Assembly: GCA_003221005.1 (NCBI GenBank) | Contig: QHTZ01000074.1 | Location: 14,864-78,863 of the forward strand | Length of the DNA stretch: 64,000 nucleotides | Reading direction: 5' to 3' | From: Gemmatimonadota bacterium | Lineage (GTDB): Bacteria; Gemmatimonadota; Gemmatimonadetes; Gemmatimonadales; GWC2-71-9 | Shown here: one piece after another, positions 48,153 to 58,118 of the stretch | Position numbering within the stretch: position 1 is the first letter of the stretch | How the letters are laid out: each line of letters starts with the position of its first letter | Translations under genes and position numbers: made by a program | The notes under the pieces: model-generated | The model's input: only the letters and a program-made list of their open reading frames with translations | Told to the model about the DNA's origin: nothing | The model's database searches: none

Positions 48153-50670
48153 GAAGCTCAAAGACAAGGCGAAGGGCCTTGAGGCGAAGGATCCGAAGGG
48201 CGCAATCGAGGCCTGGCTCGAGGTTCTGCAGGCCCAGGAAGAGGAAGGCGAGCCCAACCCGGACCTGTCCGTCTTCAACAGGATCGGCGACCTCTACCTC
48301 AAGGTGAAGGACCCCGGCCAGGCCGCCGACTACTACGAACGCGCGGTCGATCGCTACGCGGAGCTTGGATTTCACAACAACGCGATCGCGATGTGCAATA
48401 AGGTTCTCCGTAACGCGCCGGCGCGGCAGACCACCTACCTGAAGCTGGCCAAGCTCTACGCCTCGAAGGGCTTCCTCGCCGAGGCGAAGCAGAACTTTGT
48501 GGAATACGCCGAGCGGATGGAGCGGGTGGGGAAGATCCAGCACGCCTTCGCCGCGCTCAAGGAATTCACCGACCTGTCGCCGGAGAGTGCGGGACTGCGT
48601 GAGATGCTGGAGGAGCACCTCCAGATGTACGGCACGCCGGAGCGTCGCGGGTCGGAACGGGTGAGCATGCCCGCGGCGCCCAAGGGGCCGCCTGAGTCGA
48701 AGGATGACCTGAGCAAGTCGGAGAAGCGGAAGACCTCGAGCCTCGTGTTCCTGGACCTCGACGAGCCCTCACCCAAGTCCAAACGGCCGACGGGACCCTC
48801 CCGGCCGCCGGAGCGGGTGGCGAGCCTGCTGACCGAAGTGACGCCGGACCCGGACACTTCGCTCGAGATCGAGACCACGAGTCTCGCCGGTGAGTCTGCG
48901 CACCCCGCGGCGGATGGCATGATCGAGGGCTTCGAGCGGACCGTCGACTTCGGGGAAGTGCAAGCGTCGGCGCCGTCGGCGCCGTCCCTGCGCGACGAAC
49001 TCTCCACTGGGGACATCGAGCACCTGGCGGGCCTCGAGCCGACGATGGAGACCGACATCGAGCCTGTTGACGTAGAGCCGGTCGAGGTCGAGCCCGAGCC
49101 GCTCGCCGAGCTCGACATCGAGGACGCCCCGCCCCCGCCTCCGAAGGGCCGGGTTACGGCGCCGAAGGTCGCACCGCCGAAGTTCACGCCTCCCCCCGCG
49201 CAGGGCGCACCGCCGCGGGTGGCGCCGGTCGTGCCGAAGCGGCCGGGTGCCCCGCCACCGCGCGGGACGGCGCCCCCGATGCCCAAGCCGCCCGAGTCTC
49301 CAAGGGTGAAACCGGTGGTTCCGAAGCGCCCCATCCCGCCTCCCCCGGCAGGGCAGCCACCGAAACGCAAGATGGTGGTCGAGGTGCCGCCGCTCGAGCT
49401 CGAGCCCGACTTCGAGACGGAGATGACGGCCGCGGAGCACGACGCGGACGATCCCGAAACCAACTTCATCCGGACCGAGGACGACACCTCGATCGCCCCG
49501 GGGCGCACGTCGCAGTTCGTGGATCTCGGCGTCGACGAGGTCGTCAAGCCTGGGGGTCAGGGCGGCGCGCTCGACTTTGCGAACGTCGAGGAGGCGCCTG
49601 CCGCGGGGACGATCGAAGAGCTCGAGTCGCGGGTGGCCGACGATCCCGACGATCCGGACGCGCACCGTGCGCTGGGCGAGGCATTGATCGAGGCGGGCGA
49701 GCGCGAGCGCGGCGTTCAGGAGCTGGACCATGCGACCGGGGGCTTCGAGAACCGGGGTGACCTGGACCAGGCGCGGGGCCTGGTGGAGGAGATCCTGCGC
49801 CTCGACCCGAACAGCGTGCGGCACCGCCAGAAGCAGGTGGAGTACGCGTTCAAGTCGGGCGACAAGGCGAGCCTGGTGGACGCGTATCTGGAGCTCGCGG
49901 ACACGCTGCTACGGAGCGACCTCCCGGACAAGGCGCGGGCGGTGTACCAGCGCGTTGCCGAGCACGATCGCTCGAACGAGCGCGCCCAGGCCGCGCTCGC
50001 GATGCTCGCGCCGGCGGGGTCCCGGGCACCCGCCCCGAAGCCCAAGGACAAGGTCAAGGAGACCCGGACCGCGCCGCGGGACGCGAAGCTGACGGTGCGC
50101 GACGAGGCGGCCGAGCTGACGAGCGCTGAGGTGGCCGAGGGCGATTTCGTCGACCTCGGCGCCATCATCCTGGAAGACGACCAGCCCACGCGCGACACGC
50201 GCATGAAGGTCGCCGACGAAGAGCCCACCGGCGACGAGGAGAAGGACTTCCACGACATGCTCGCGCGCTTCAAGCAGGGGATCGACGAGAACATCGACGA
50301 GGCCGATTTCCAGTCGCATTACGACCTGGGTGTGGCGTTCAAGGAGATGGGTCTCCTCGACGAAGCGATCACCGAGTTTCAGAAGGCGCTGCGGGCACCC
50401 GAGGGCAAGCTCAAGACGTCGGAAGCCCTGGGGGCGTGCTTTCTGGAGAAGGGAGCGCTCGTGGTGGCGGAGTCCATCCTGCGGCGCGGCCTCGACCTCC
50501 CGGCGTCGGGCGACCAGGACCGCCTCGGCGTCCTGTACTGGCTGGGGCGTGCGCTGGAAGGCCAGGGCAAGAAAGTCGAGGCGCGAGAGCTGTACGGGCG
50601 CGTGTTCGCCGTCGAAATCCGCTTCAGGGATGTGGGCGAGCGCGTGAAGGCGCTCGCCAAGGCGAAGTAG
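48139..50670 (+). CDS. Large TPR protein with N- and C-terminal TPR blocks and an acidic/Pro-rich linker (SgmX-like architecture)
   Basis: RIGDLYLK..GFHNNAIAMCNKVLR; C-terminal SHYDLGVAFKEMGLLDEAITEF..YWLGRALE..FRDVGER. Confidence 0.75.
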   Translation: MSKLEKLKDKAKGLEAKDPKGAIEAWLEVLQAQEEEGEPNPDLSVFNRIGDLYLKVKDPGQAADYYERAVDRYAELGFHNNAIAMCNKVLRNAPARQTTYLKLAKLYASKGFLAEAKQNFVEYAERMERVGKIQHAFAALKEFTDLSPESAGLREMLEEHLQMYGTPERRGSERVSMPAAPKGPPESKDDLSKSEKRKTSSLVFLDLDEPSPKSKRPTGPSRPPERVASLLTEVTPDPDTSLEIETTSLAGESAHPAADGMIEGFERTVDFGEVQASAPSAPSLRDELSTGDIEHLAGLEPTMETDIEPVDVEPVEVEPEPLAELDIEDAPPPPPKGRVTAPKVAPPKFTPPPAQGAPPRVAPVVPKRPGAPPPRGTAPPMPKPPESPRVKPVVPKRPIPPPPAGQPPKRKMVVEVPPLELEPDFETEMTAAEHDADDPETNFIRTEDDTSIAPGRTSQFVDLGVDEVVKPGGQGGALDFANVEEAPAAGTIEELESRVADDPDDPDAHRALGEALIEAGERERGVQELDHATGGFENRGDLDQARGLVEEILRLDPNSVRHRQKQVEYAFKSGDKASLVDAYLELADTLLRSDLPDKARAVYQRVAEHDRSNERAQAALAMLAPAGSRAPAPKPKDKVKETRTAPRDAKLTVRDEAAELTSAEVAEGDFVDLGAIILEDDQPTRDTRMKVADEEPTGDEEKDFHDMLARFKQGIDENIDEADFQSHYDLGVAFKEMGLLDEAITEFQKALRAPEGKLKTSEALGACFLEKGALVVAESILRRGLDLPASGDQDRLGVLYWLGRALEGQGKKVEARELYGRVFAVEIRFRDVGERVKALAKAK

Positions 50671-50675
50671 TGGTG

Positions 50676-51665
50676 ATGCAGGAGCAGGTCGCGCGCGTCT
50701 CGCTCGGGGAGATCCAGCGCCCCATCGCCGTCGAGCTTGAGGAGATCGTGGCTGAGCTGCGGCGCATCATCGTGGGGGACTTCCCGATCATCGCGGCCGC
50801 GAACGAGCACCTGCTCCGCATGAAGGGGAAGTTGTTCCGCCCGACGCTGCTCCTCCTCAGCCAACGGGCCGCCCAGGTCGCCGAGCCGCGGGCCACGACG
50901 CTGGCGGCGGTGGTCGAGCTGATCCACCTCGCGACCCTTGTGCACGACGACTCCGTGGATCACTCGGTGCTGCGGCGCGGCATGCCGACGATCAACGCCC
51001 TGTTCTCGCACCAGGTCGCCGTCATCATGGGCGACTACCTCTACTCGCGAGCGATCATCGAGCTCGTTAACCTCGGCGACCTGGAGCCGTTGCGCGTGTT
51101 CGGCCGCGTCACGAATGAGATGACGGTGGGGGAGATGCGCCAGCTCGAGGCGCACGATCGGCTGGCCTACAGCGAGGAGCAGTACGACCAGCTGATCCGT
51201 GCGAAGACCGCCTCGCTCGTGTCGGGCGCGTGCGAGGTCGGGGCGCTGCGGGCCGCGCCCGACCACCGGGCGGCGCTGGCACGCTTCGGCCTTCACCTCG
51301 GCATGGCGTTCCAGATCACCGATGACCTGCTCGATTACACGCAGACCGAAGCGGTCACGGGCAAACCCTCCGGACTCGACCTGAAGGAGCACAAGGTCAC
51401 GTTGCCGCTGATCGCGGCGCTGGGCCGGATGACGCCGGCGAAGCGCCAGCTCGTGGTGCGGCTCATGGAAACCCCCGAGCCGTCGGACGAGATCGTCGCC
51501 GCGGTGATCCGGGCGGTCGAGGCGGCGGGCGGGCTCGAGTACGCGCGGCGCCGCGCGCAGGGGCGCGCCCAGCAGGCCGAGGCGGAGCTCGACCTCCTGC
51601 CCCCGTCGCCGGCGCGGGACGCGCTCCGCGACAGCATCGCCTATGCCGTGGACCGGCGCAGCTAG
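50676..51665 (+). CDS. Polyprenyl diphosphate synthase (IspB-like)
   Basis: GKLFRP, LVHDDSVD..RRG, FQITDDLLD, GKPSGLDLKE. Confidence 0.92.
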   Translation: MQEQVARVSLGEIQRPIAVELEEIVAELRRIIVGDFPIIAAANEHLLRMKGKLFRPTLLLLSQRAAQVAEPRATTLAAVVELIHLATLVHDDSVDHSVLRRGMPTINALFSHQVAVIMGDYLYSRAIIELVNLGDLEPLRVFGRVTNEMTVGEMRQLEAHDRLAYSEEQYDQLIRAKTASLVSGACEVGALRAAPDHRAALARFGLHLGMAFQITDDLLDYTQTEAVTGKPSGLDLKEHKVTLPLIAALGRMTPAKRQLVVRLMETPEPSDEIVAAVIRAVEAAGGLEYARRRAQGRAQQAEAELDLLPPSPARDALRDSIAYAVDRRS

Positions 51666-51668
51666 GCC

Positions 51669-51941
51669 GTGGCGCAAGGCCCGCGGCGCCCGCTATTTTA
51701 CTTTGGAGTGCTGGCGACCGGCTTCGTGCTGGGCGGGTTTCTCCATGCGTTGCTGCGGCATTACCTGCCGCAGGGCGCCGCTCGGGAGTTCTTCACGACA
51801 GCGGTGACGCCGACCCTGGGGCCGGTGCACCTCGATCTCCTGGTGGTGTCGATTACGCTCGGGCCGATCGGGTTCGACGTGTCGCTGCTGGCCCTGGTAG
51901 GCGTCGCCATCGCCTACTTCGTCGCCCGCTCGCTCTTCTGA
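51669..51941 (+). CDS. Small membrane protein (DUF4321-like)
   Basis: Two hydrophobic segments with the pattern LDLLVVSITLG; operonic spacing. Confidence 0.6.
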   Translation: MAQGPRRPLFYFGVLATGFVLGGFLHALLRHYLPQGAAREFFTTAVTPTLGPVHLDLLVVSITLGPIGFDVSLLALVGVAIAYFVARSLF

Positions 51942-51953
51942 AACGAGGCGTCT

Positions 51954-52196
51954 ATGTTCGGGGACCTGTCGTTCAGCCACATCCTGATCCTGCTGCTCAT
52001 CGTGGTCCTGGTGTTCGGCGCGAAGCGCATTCCGGAGATCGGGTCGTCGCTGGGTCAGGGCATCCGCGAGTTCACCCGCAGCCTGAAAGGTGCGGTCGAC
52101 GACCGCCCGGAATCACGCGGCGTGCAGCCTCCTGCCTCCCCTCCAGCATCCTCCTCGGTCCCCTCCAGCGGCGAGCCGAAGCGGCTCAACCAGTAG
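51954..52196 (+). CDS. tatA: Twin-arginine translocase subunit TatA
   Basis: ILLLIVVLVFGAKRIPEIGSSLGQGIREF. Confidence 0.92.
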   Translation: MFGDLSFSHILILLLIVVLVFGAKRIPEIGSSLGQGIREFTRSLKGAVDDRPESRGVQPPASPPASSSVPSSGEPKRLNQ

Positions 52197-52200
52197 CGGT

Positions 52201-52404
52201 GTGAGCGGCGGCGAGCTCTTTCTCCTCCTCGTCATCGCGCTGCTGGTCCTGGGCGCGCACCGCCTTCCCGAAGCGGGTCGCCTCGTCGGGAAGGGGTTGC
52301 GCGACTTTCAGCGCGCGCTCAACGAGGCGCGCCATGCGGTCGAGGAGGGGCAGGAGCAGCCGCGCACGTCAGAAGGTGCGCGCCCGCGACGGCTGATCGA
52401 CTGA
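52201..52404 (+). CDS. Second TatA/TatB-family subunit
   Basis: MSGGELFLLLVIALLVLGAHRLPEAGRLVGKGLRDF; E in the TM segment and LG in place of FG are TatB-like. Confidence 0.8.
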   Translation: MSGGELFLLLVIALLVLGAHRLPEAGRLVGKGLRDFQRALNEARHAVEEGQEQPRTSEGARPRRLID

Positions 52405-52406
52405 GC

Positions 52407-54230
52407 CTAGCTACCGGCCGAGCGGGCCGCGAAGACCTCCTTGCGGCGATCCACGATCTTTGCCCGCGTCTTGAGCGCGGCCAGAAACGCCTGAATCCGC
52501 GCCTGGCGCGTGGGCGCCAACACATTCTCCCGCTGCGCATCCCTCTGCTTCAGCCACGCAGTCGAGTCGGCCGTCGTTCGACGGAGGCATTGTAGCAACG
52601 CGTACCCCGTCGCCCCCCGGATCAGGCTGGAGCGCGCACCGGGCCGTAGCCCGAATGCGGCGCCGACCGCGAGTGGGTTGTCCTGCAGGATCGCGGGCGG
52701 GGCGAGACGGGTGAACGGTCCCACCTTCTGCACCGTCAGGCCGTGCGCGGCGGCCAGCTGCGTCAGGTCGCGCGCGCTGCCCAGCTCATGCGCGATCTGC
52801 TCGGCCCGGCGCGCGGCGACCTCCCGCTTCTTCACCAGGCGAGCGGCGTCCAGCACCTGCGCGCGGATCTCGGAGAGCGGCGGGGTCCCGGCGGGCACGA
52901 GCGAGTCCAGGCGGAACACGTAGTACGCCGGGCGGGCCTCGATCACGGGACTCGTCTCGCCGACACGCGCCTCGAACGCCCACACACTCACGTCCGGAAT
53001 CATGTACTGCCCGAGCAGCATCCGCTCCCCCCCGACGAGCGGGGGAGCGTGGCCGAGCGGCAGTCTCAGCGCGCGCGCCAGCGTATCGAGCACACTCCCG
53101 TCCGGCCGCTCTGCCGCGAGTTTGTCCAGCGTGTCGGCGCGCGACTCCACGTACTCGAGATGCTTACCCTGAGGCTCGAGGGGAATCAGGATGTGGCGCA
53201 CGTGCAGCGAGTCGCCCCGCGCCGCGTCCACGCGGATGATGTGGTATCCGAAGCTCGACAGAGCGGGCTGGCTCAGCTCCCCCGGGTGGAGCGTCCGGAG
53301 CGCCGCGAGGAACGCGGGGTCGAACCCCCGCTCGTCTCGCCTGATCCATCCGAGGTCACCCCCGCGGGAGCCGCTTGCGGTGTCCGCCGACTCGTGCTTT
53401 GCGACGTCCTCGAACTTGCTCACCCCGCCCCCCGCGACCTCCTGGCGCACGCGGCGCGCATGCGCCAGCGCCGCGGCAGAGTCAGCGGCGTCGGGCAGCC
53501 GCGGCTGCGCGATGAAGCTCAGGAACGCCACCGCTGGCCGCTTGAAGTCTGTCTTGTGTGCCTCGTAGTACTGCTCGAGCTCCGCGTCCGTAACGGGTGC
53601 GTCCTGATCCGGGATCTGCTCGGGCCGGATCGCCAGCAGAGCGACGGTCACGGACTCGTGTTGATCGCGATACATGCGCCACAGCTTGGCGTCGGGCACG
53701 TAGACGTCCGCGGTCAGATACTGCGCCAGCTTCACCTGGGGGATCTGCTCGCGGTATCGTGCCTCGAGCGAGCGCAGGAACTGGGGGTCCGAAGCACTCG
53801 CGAGGTAGCGCTGCCACTTCGAGATGTCGAACTGGCCGTTGGTTTGGAACTCGGGGCTCTGCATCACTTCGGGGGGTGGAGCGCTCTGCGCGGCTCGGAT
53901 CAGCTCCTGGTCAGACACCGTGATCCCGAGCTTGCGGTACTGCTGCTCGAGCAGCAGGGTCTGGGTCAGCTCGTCCACAACTTGATTCTCGACCTGCTGC
54001 TCCTCCTCGCGGGTGAGTCTGCCACCCGCCTGGCGCCGGACCTGCTCGAATGCGGCTTGCCGCGCCGCATCGTACTCCTGCAGGCGCACCTCGCGGCCGT
54101 TCACTTTGAGAACCGTGTCCCGGCTGCCGCCCAGGATCTCCGTAACCTGTCCGTAGGCGAGCCAGCCAACGAAGGTCACTGCGACGATCCAGAAGACGGG
54201 CTTCGTGATCGCCCGCATCGAGCGCATCAT
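52407..54230 (-). CDS. SurA/PpiD-like membrane-anchored parvulin PPIase chaperone
   Basis: N-terminal MMRSMR..FWIV anchor, SurA_N region, rotamase motif SADTASGSRGGDLGW..SSFGYHII. Confidence 0.88.
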   Translation of the reverse strand: MMRSMRAITKPVFWIVAVTFVGWLAYGQVTEILGGSRDTVLKVNGREVRLQEYDAARQAAFEQVRRQAGGRLTREEEQQVENQVVDELTQTLLLEQQYRKLGITVSDQELIRAAQSAPPPEVMQSPEFQTNGQFDISKWQRYLASASDPQFLRSLEARYREQIPQVKLAQYLTADVYVPDAKLWRMYRDQHESVTVALLAIRPEQIPDQDAPVTDAELEQYYEAHKTDFKRPAVAFLSFIAQPRLPDAADSAAALAHARRVRQEVAGGGVSKFEDVAKHESADTASGSRGGDLGWIRRDERGFDPAFLAALRTLHPGELSQPALSSFGYHIIRVDAARGDSLHVRHILIPLEPQGKHLEYVESRADTLDKLAAERPDGSVLDTLARALRLPLGHAPPLVGGERMLLGQYMIPDVSVWAFEARVGETSPVIEARPAYYVFRLDSLVPAGTPPLSEIRAQVLDAARLVKKREVAARRAEQIAHELGSARDLTQLAAAHGLTVQKVGPFTRLAPPAILQDNPLAVGAAFGLRPGARSSLIRGATGYALLQCLRRTTADSTAWLKQRDAQRENVLAPTRQARIQAFLAALKTRAKIVDRRKEVFAARSAGS

Positions 54231-54321
54231 GGCACTGCAACTCCCGCGTCGTGAGGGTGGAAAGGGGCCATAAGTGTAAAGACCACAACAAGCAAACTCA
54301 AGCAACGACGCGCGTTTCCGA

Positions 54322-54351
54322 TTGACAGCAAACCCGGGCGATCACTATCTT
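54322..54351 (+). promoter_or_regulatory. Putative sigma70 promoter for the TPR-aroQ operon
   Basis: TTGACA-18 nt-TATCTT in the divergent intergenic region. Confidence 0.6.
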
Positions 54352-54378
54352 CGTCCAATTCCCACAAAGACTTAGGCT

Positions 54379-56055
54379 GTGCCGTACACCAGCGAGATCG
54401 AAAAGCTCGAGCGGCGCTACGCCGAGAACCCCAAAGGGCGCAATTTCGCGCCCCTGGCGGACGCCTATCGCAAAGCAGGACAAGTAGATCAGGCCATTGA
54501 GCTGTGCAAGAGCGGGCTGGAACGGCATCCCGACTATGTCAGCGCCCATATCGTGTACGGCCGCTGCCTCATCGACCAGAAGAACGCGGTGGCTGCGGAC
54601 CAGGTCTTCCGCAAGGTGCTGGAGCTCGATCCCGAAAACGTTATCGCCTTCAAGGTCTTGGCTGACCTCGCCGAGCGTAGCGGGCGGTTCAGCGACGCAG
54701 TCATCTGGCTGACCAAGCTGCTCGCGGCGGATCCCATGAACGGAGATGCCGCCGAGGCGCTCGCGGTCGCGAAGGGGAAGGCCGCTCAAAGTCCGCCGGT
54801 GGCAAAACCCACCGCTCCCGCCCCGGCGGTGCCCGGGTTGAGCGAGGCAGCGACGGCCGCGATCCCGAAGCCGGATTTCGTCGTGGAGCACACGTCGGTT
54901 CAGCCCGTGACACCCGCCGCCCCGGCGCCGGCGCCCGCCGGCGATCTCGAGACCTTCGACGGCACGTTGGACTTCAACGCCGTGGCGCACGACGCCGCCA
55001 AGGCCGAGGGACTCGAGGTGCAGGAAGAGGTGGTGCTGAAGCCGTCCGACGTGGTGGTGGAGGGGTTGGCGCGTACGCAGTACGAGGGGAGTGGGATCTT
55101 CAAGCTCGACCCGTCGGCCTCGCCCGGCAGGGCCGCCCCGCCGCCCCCGCGCCGGCCTCCCAGGCCCGAGCCTGAAGAAGACGAGCTGCCGACCGTGGAT
55201 CTCCCGCTCATCCTGCCGGAGGATGTGGCCCCGCGTCCTGCGCCGGCGCGCCGGCCGACGCCCCCGCCAGTGCCGGCGCCCCCGCCCGCGCCCCCGCGCG
55301 CTTCGACGCCCGTCGCGGCGGCGGTGACGCTGTCGGATGACGACGGAGCGGTCGACACCGCCGCTCTGTCCCGAGCCGAACCGGTACTGACCGAGACCAT
55401 GGCTGAGCTCTACCTGAAGCAGGGCCACCAAGAGGAGGCGCTCCGCGTCTACCAGGCGCTCCTCGCCCGGCGCCCCGCGGATGCGCGGCTGCGAGCCCGG
55501 GTGGACGCGTTGTCCGGACGGGGGAAGAGGGAAGAGGGAAGGGGGAAGGGGGTTGCTCCCACCGGGCCTACCGTGCAGGCGTTTCTGCGAGCGATCCTCG
55601 CGGCCCGGCCCGGCGGCGCTGCCCCGACCGCAGGGGCGTCGCCCTTCGACTCCGCTTTCGGCGTGCCGTCGGCGGAAGCCGAGCCTGGGGGTGGCCAGCC
55701 GACGTACGCTGCGGCGGACAATATTTCGCTCGATCAGGTGTTCGGTGACGACAGTGGCCGTTCCTCGTCCGTCCCTGACGCCCCCGCGATGTCCGCGTCG
55801 CTCCCACCCGCGCCCGCACCCCCGTCCCCCGCGGCGTCGGTGACACAGACGGGGGGCTTTTCCTTCGACGAGTTCTTCGCCACTGGGGGCGGAAGTGGAA
55901 GCGGGGCCGAGGGCGCCACGGGGGCGGGCGCGCCGCCAGCCGCGAGCCGGTCCCCCTCCTCGGTAAGCGCCTCGGGTCGGCGCCCCAAGCTGCCGGTCGA
56001 AGAGCACGGTGACCTCGACCAGTTCCAGGCGTGGCTCAAGGGCCTAAAGGGCTAG
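54379..56055 (+). CDS. TPR protein with a long low-complexity linker
   Basis: N-terminal FAPLADAYRKAG..HPDYVSAHIVYGR; internal TETMAELYLKQGH; C-terminal FQAWLKGL. Confidence 0.8.
   Translation: MPYTSEIEKLERRYAENPKGRNFAPLADAYRKAGQVDQAIELCKSGLERHPDYVSAHIVYGRCLIDQKNAVAADQVFRKVLELDPENVIAFKVLADLAERSGRFSDAVIWLTKLLAADPMNGDAAEALAVAKGKAAQSPPVAKPTAPAPAVPGLSEAATAAIPKPDFVVEHTSVQPVTPAAPAPAPAGDLETFDGTLDFNAVAHDAAKAEGLEVQEEVVLKPSDVVVEGLARTQYEGSGIFKLDPSASPGRAAPPPPRRPPRPEPEEDELPTVDLPLILPEDVAPRPAPARRPTPPPVPAPPPAPPRASTPVAAAVTLSDDDGAVDTAALSRAEPVLTETMAELYLKQGHQEEALRVYQALLARRPADARLRARVDALSGRGKREEGRGKGVAPTGPTVQAFLRAILAARPGGAAPTAGASPFDSAFGVPSAEAEPGGGQPTYAAADNISLDQVFGDDSGRSSSVPDAPAMSASLPPAPAPPSPAASVTQTGGFSFDEFFATGGGSGSGAEGATGAGAPPAASRSPSSVSASGRRPKLPVEEHGDLDQFQAWLKGLKG
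55521..55548 (+). repeat. In-frame heptamer tandem repeat
   Basis: GGGGAAG AGGGAAG AGGGAAG GGGGAAG, encoding GKREEGRGK. Confidence 0.8.
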
Positions 56056-56501
56056 TGCACATCGCCGTCCTGAACGGCCCGAACTTGAATCTGCTGGGGG
56101 AGCGCGAGCCGGACGTGTACGGGCGCGCCACGCTGCGCGAGGTCGAAACGGCGACCCGCGAGCGGGCGCGCGCGCTCGGCGTCGAATGCAGCTGGACGCA
56201 GACCAATCACGAGGGCGAGCTGGTCGAAGCGATCCAGGGGCTCCGCGGTCGGGCCGACGGGGCGGTCATCAACGCGGCCGCCTTCACCCACACGAGTCTC
56301 GCCGTCCGCGACGCGCTGCTCGCCGTGCGGGTGCCGTTCGTCGAGGTACATCTGTCGAACATCTTCGCCCGCGAGCCCGAACGGCGTCACTCGCTGCTCG
56401 CCGACCTTGCCGTGGGCGTCGTGACCGGGTTCGGCGCGGAGAGCTACCGGCTAGGACTTGAGGGGCTGGTCAAGCATCTCGCGTCCCGCGATGGCCGCTG
56501 A
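56055..56501 (+). CDS. aroQ: Type II 3-dehydroquinate dehydratase
   Basis: LNGPNLNLLGEREPDVYG, NHEGEL, EVHLSNIFARE. Confidence 0.96.
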   Translation: MHIAVLNGPNLNLLGEREPDVYGRATLREVETATRERARALGVECSWTQTNHEGELVEAIQGLRGRADGAVINAAAFTHTSLAVRDALLAVRVPFVEVHLSNIFAREPERRHSLLADLAVGVVTGFGAESYRLGLEGLVKHLASRDGR

Positions 56502-57585
56502 GCCGCGGCACGCGCGTCACGCCGCGTTGGTGCGCGCGCTCGAGGCCGAGGAGCTGGATGCGCTCCTGGTCACGTCGCGGGCGAACATCCGCTACCTGAC
56601 TGGGTTCAGTGGCTCGGCGGCGCTCGCCGTCGCGACGCGCGCCGATCTGCTACTGGTGACGGATTTCCGCTACGACGAGCAGGCGCGTGCCGAGGCGGGC
56701 GCCGTGGCGCGGGTCGAGGTGGACGGCGCGAGCGTCTGGGACCGGCTGTTCCGCGAGCTGCCGTCGCTCGGGCCACTCGCCTGGATCGGCTACGAAGCGC
56801 ACGCGCTCGCGGTGAAGGACGCGGAGCGGCTGGCGCAGGCGGGGAAGGCCTGGCGCTGGAAGGCGACGGGCGACCTGGTGGAGCGGTTGCGCGCGAGCAA
56901 GGACCCAGGCGAGGTCGCAGCGATCCGCAGCGCGGCCGCTCTGGCAGGCGAGGCGCTCACGACGACGCTCACTCAGGTGCGCGTCGGGATGAGTGAGCTC
57001 GAGATCACGGGGTTGCTCGAGGGGGAGCTGCGGCGCCGGGGGAGCGAGGGCCATCCGTTTCCCACTATCGTGGCGTCGGGTCCCCGCACCGCGTTGCCGC
57101 ACGCACGCTCCAGCCAGCGCACGGTGGCGGCGGGGGAGTGGCTGCTGCTAGACTTCGGCGCTCAAGTGGACGGCTATTGCGCGGACGTTACCCGCACCGT
57201 CGTGGTCGGGGGTCGCGCGAGCGAGCGGCAGCGCGCACAATACGAGCTGGTACGCGGTGCACAGCTGCGAGCGCGCGAGGGCGTTCGAGCGGGCATGACG
57301 GGCCGCGACGCCGACGCGCTCGCCCGGGAGCTGATCGAGGCCCGGGGGTTCGGCGATGCCTTCGGGCATTCCCTGGGGCATGGGCTGGGGCTCGAAGTGC
57401 ACGAGGCGCCGCGGCTGTCGAAAACCAGCGCCGAACCTCTGCCCGCACACGCGGTCGTCACAATCGAGCCGGGAGTGTACCTGGCGGGCGAGGGAGGCGT
57501 GCGGATCGAGGACGACGTGCACCTCTCCAGCGAGGGGCCCGTGCTGCTCACGGACGGGCGCACGGATCTGGCGGAACTGGTGTAG
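56491..57585 (+). CDS. Xaa-Pro aminopeptidase (M24B)
   Basis: [38 protein letters not shown]. Confidence 0.92.
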   Translation: MAAEPRHARHAALVRALEAEELDALLVTSRANIRYLTGFSGSAALAVATRADLLLVTDFRYDEQARAEAGAVARVEVDGASVWDRLFRELPSLGPLAWIGYEAHALAVKDAERLAQAGKAWRWKATGDLVERLRASKDPGEVAAIRSAAALAGEALTTTLTQVRVGMSELEITGLLEGELRRRGSEGHPFPTIVASGPRTALPHARSSQRTVAAGEWLLLDFGAQVDGYCADVTRTVVVGGRASERQRAQYELVRGAQLRAREGVRAGMTGRDADALARELIEARGFGDAFGHSLGHGLGLEVHEAPRLSKTSAEPLPAHAVVTIEPGVYLAGEGGVRIEDDVHLSSEGPVLLTDGRTDLAELV

Positions 57586-57614
57586 GGGGGCTTTCCCGGA
57601 TACTGTATGGTGCA

Positions 57615-58118
57615 ATGAACCTCGACATCATCGCGCGTCTGGTGCAGATCCTCAAGGACTCGCCGGAGCTCGGCGCGATCGAGGTGCGGCGGGGGTGGCT
57701 CGGGGCGTGGACGGCCGTCCGCGTCTCCCGGGCGGGGCATCCGACGAACACCGGTGGGGAGCACGTGGTAGTGGCGGAGCGGGCGGTTGTCCCCCTGGCG
57801 GGCCCGTCTTCCAGCGCGACGGCAGAGGCAGCAGGCGGGAGAAGGGAGGGGGGCGGCGCGCCCGCGGGCGTGGCCCTGCTCGAGATCAAGTCCCCTATGG
57901 TGGGGACGTTCTACTCCGCCCCCGAGCCGGGCGCGGAGCCCTACGTGAAAGTCGGCACGCGGGTGTCCCCCGGGCAGATGGTGTGCATCATTGAAGCGAT
58001 GAAGATCATGAACGAGATCGAGTCCGAGGTCCCAGGGGTGATCAGGGAGGTGCTCGTGGAGAACGCCCAACCCGTGGAATTCGGACAGACCCTCTTCCGA
58101 GTCGATCCCCATGGCTGA
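57615..58118 (+). CDS. accB: Acetyl-CoA carboxylase biotin carboxyl carrier protein
   Basis: KSPMVGTFY, biotinylation motif [14 protein letters not shown]. Confidence 0.94.
   Translation: MNLDIIARLVQILKDSPELGAIEVRRGWLGAWTAVRVSRAGHPTNTGGEHVVVAERAVVPLAGPSSSATAEAAGGRREGGGAPAGVALLEIKSPMVGTFYSAPEPGAEPYVKVGTRVSPGQMVCIIEAMKIMNEIESEVPGVIREVLVENAQPVEFGQTLFRVDPHG

Noticed and set aside
49120-49380. Pro/Lys-rich quasi-repeats (VVPKRP twice) in the large TPR protein
   Set aside because: Ordinary low-complexity linker without DNA-level periodicity
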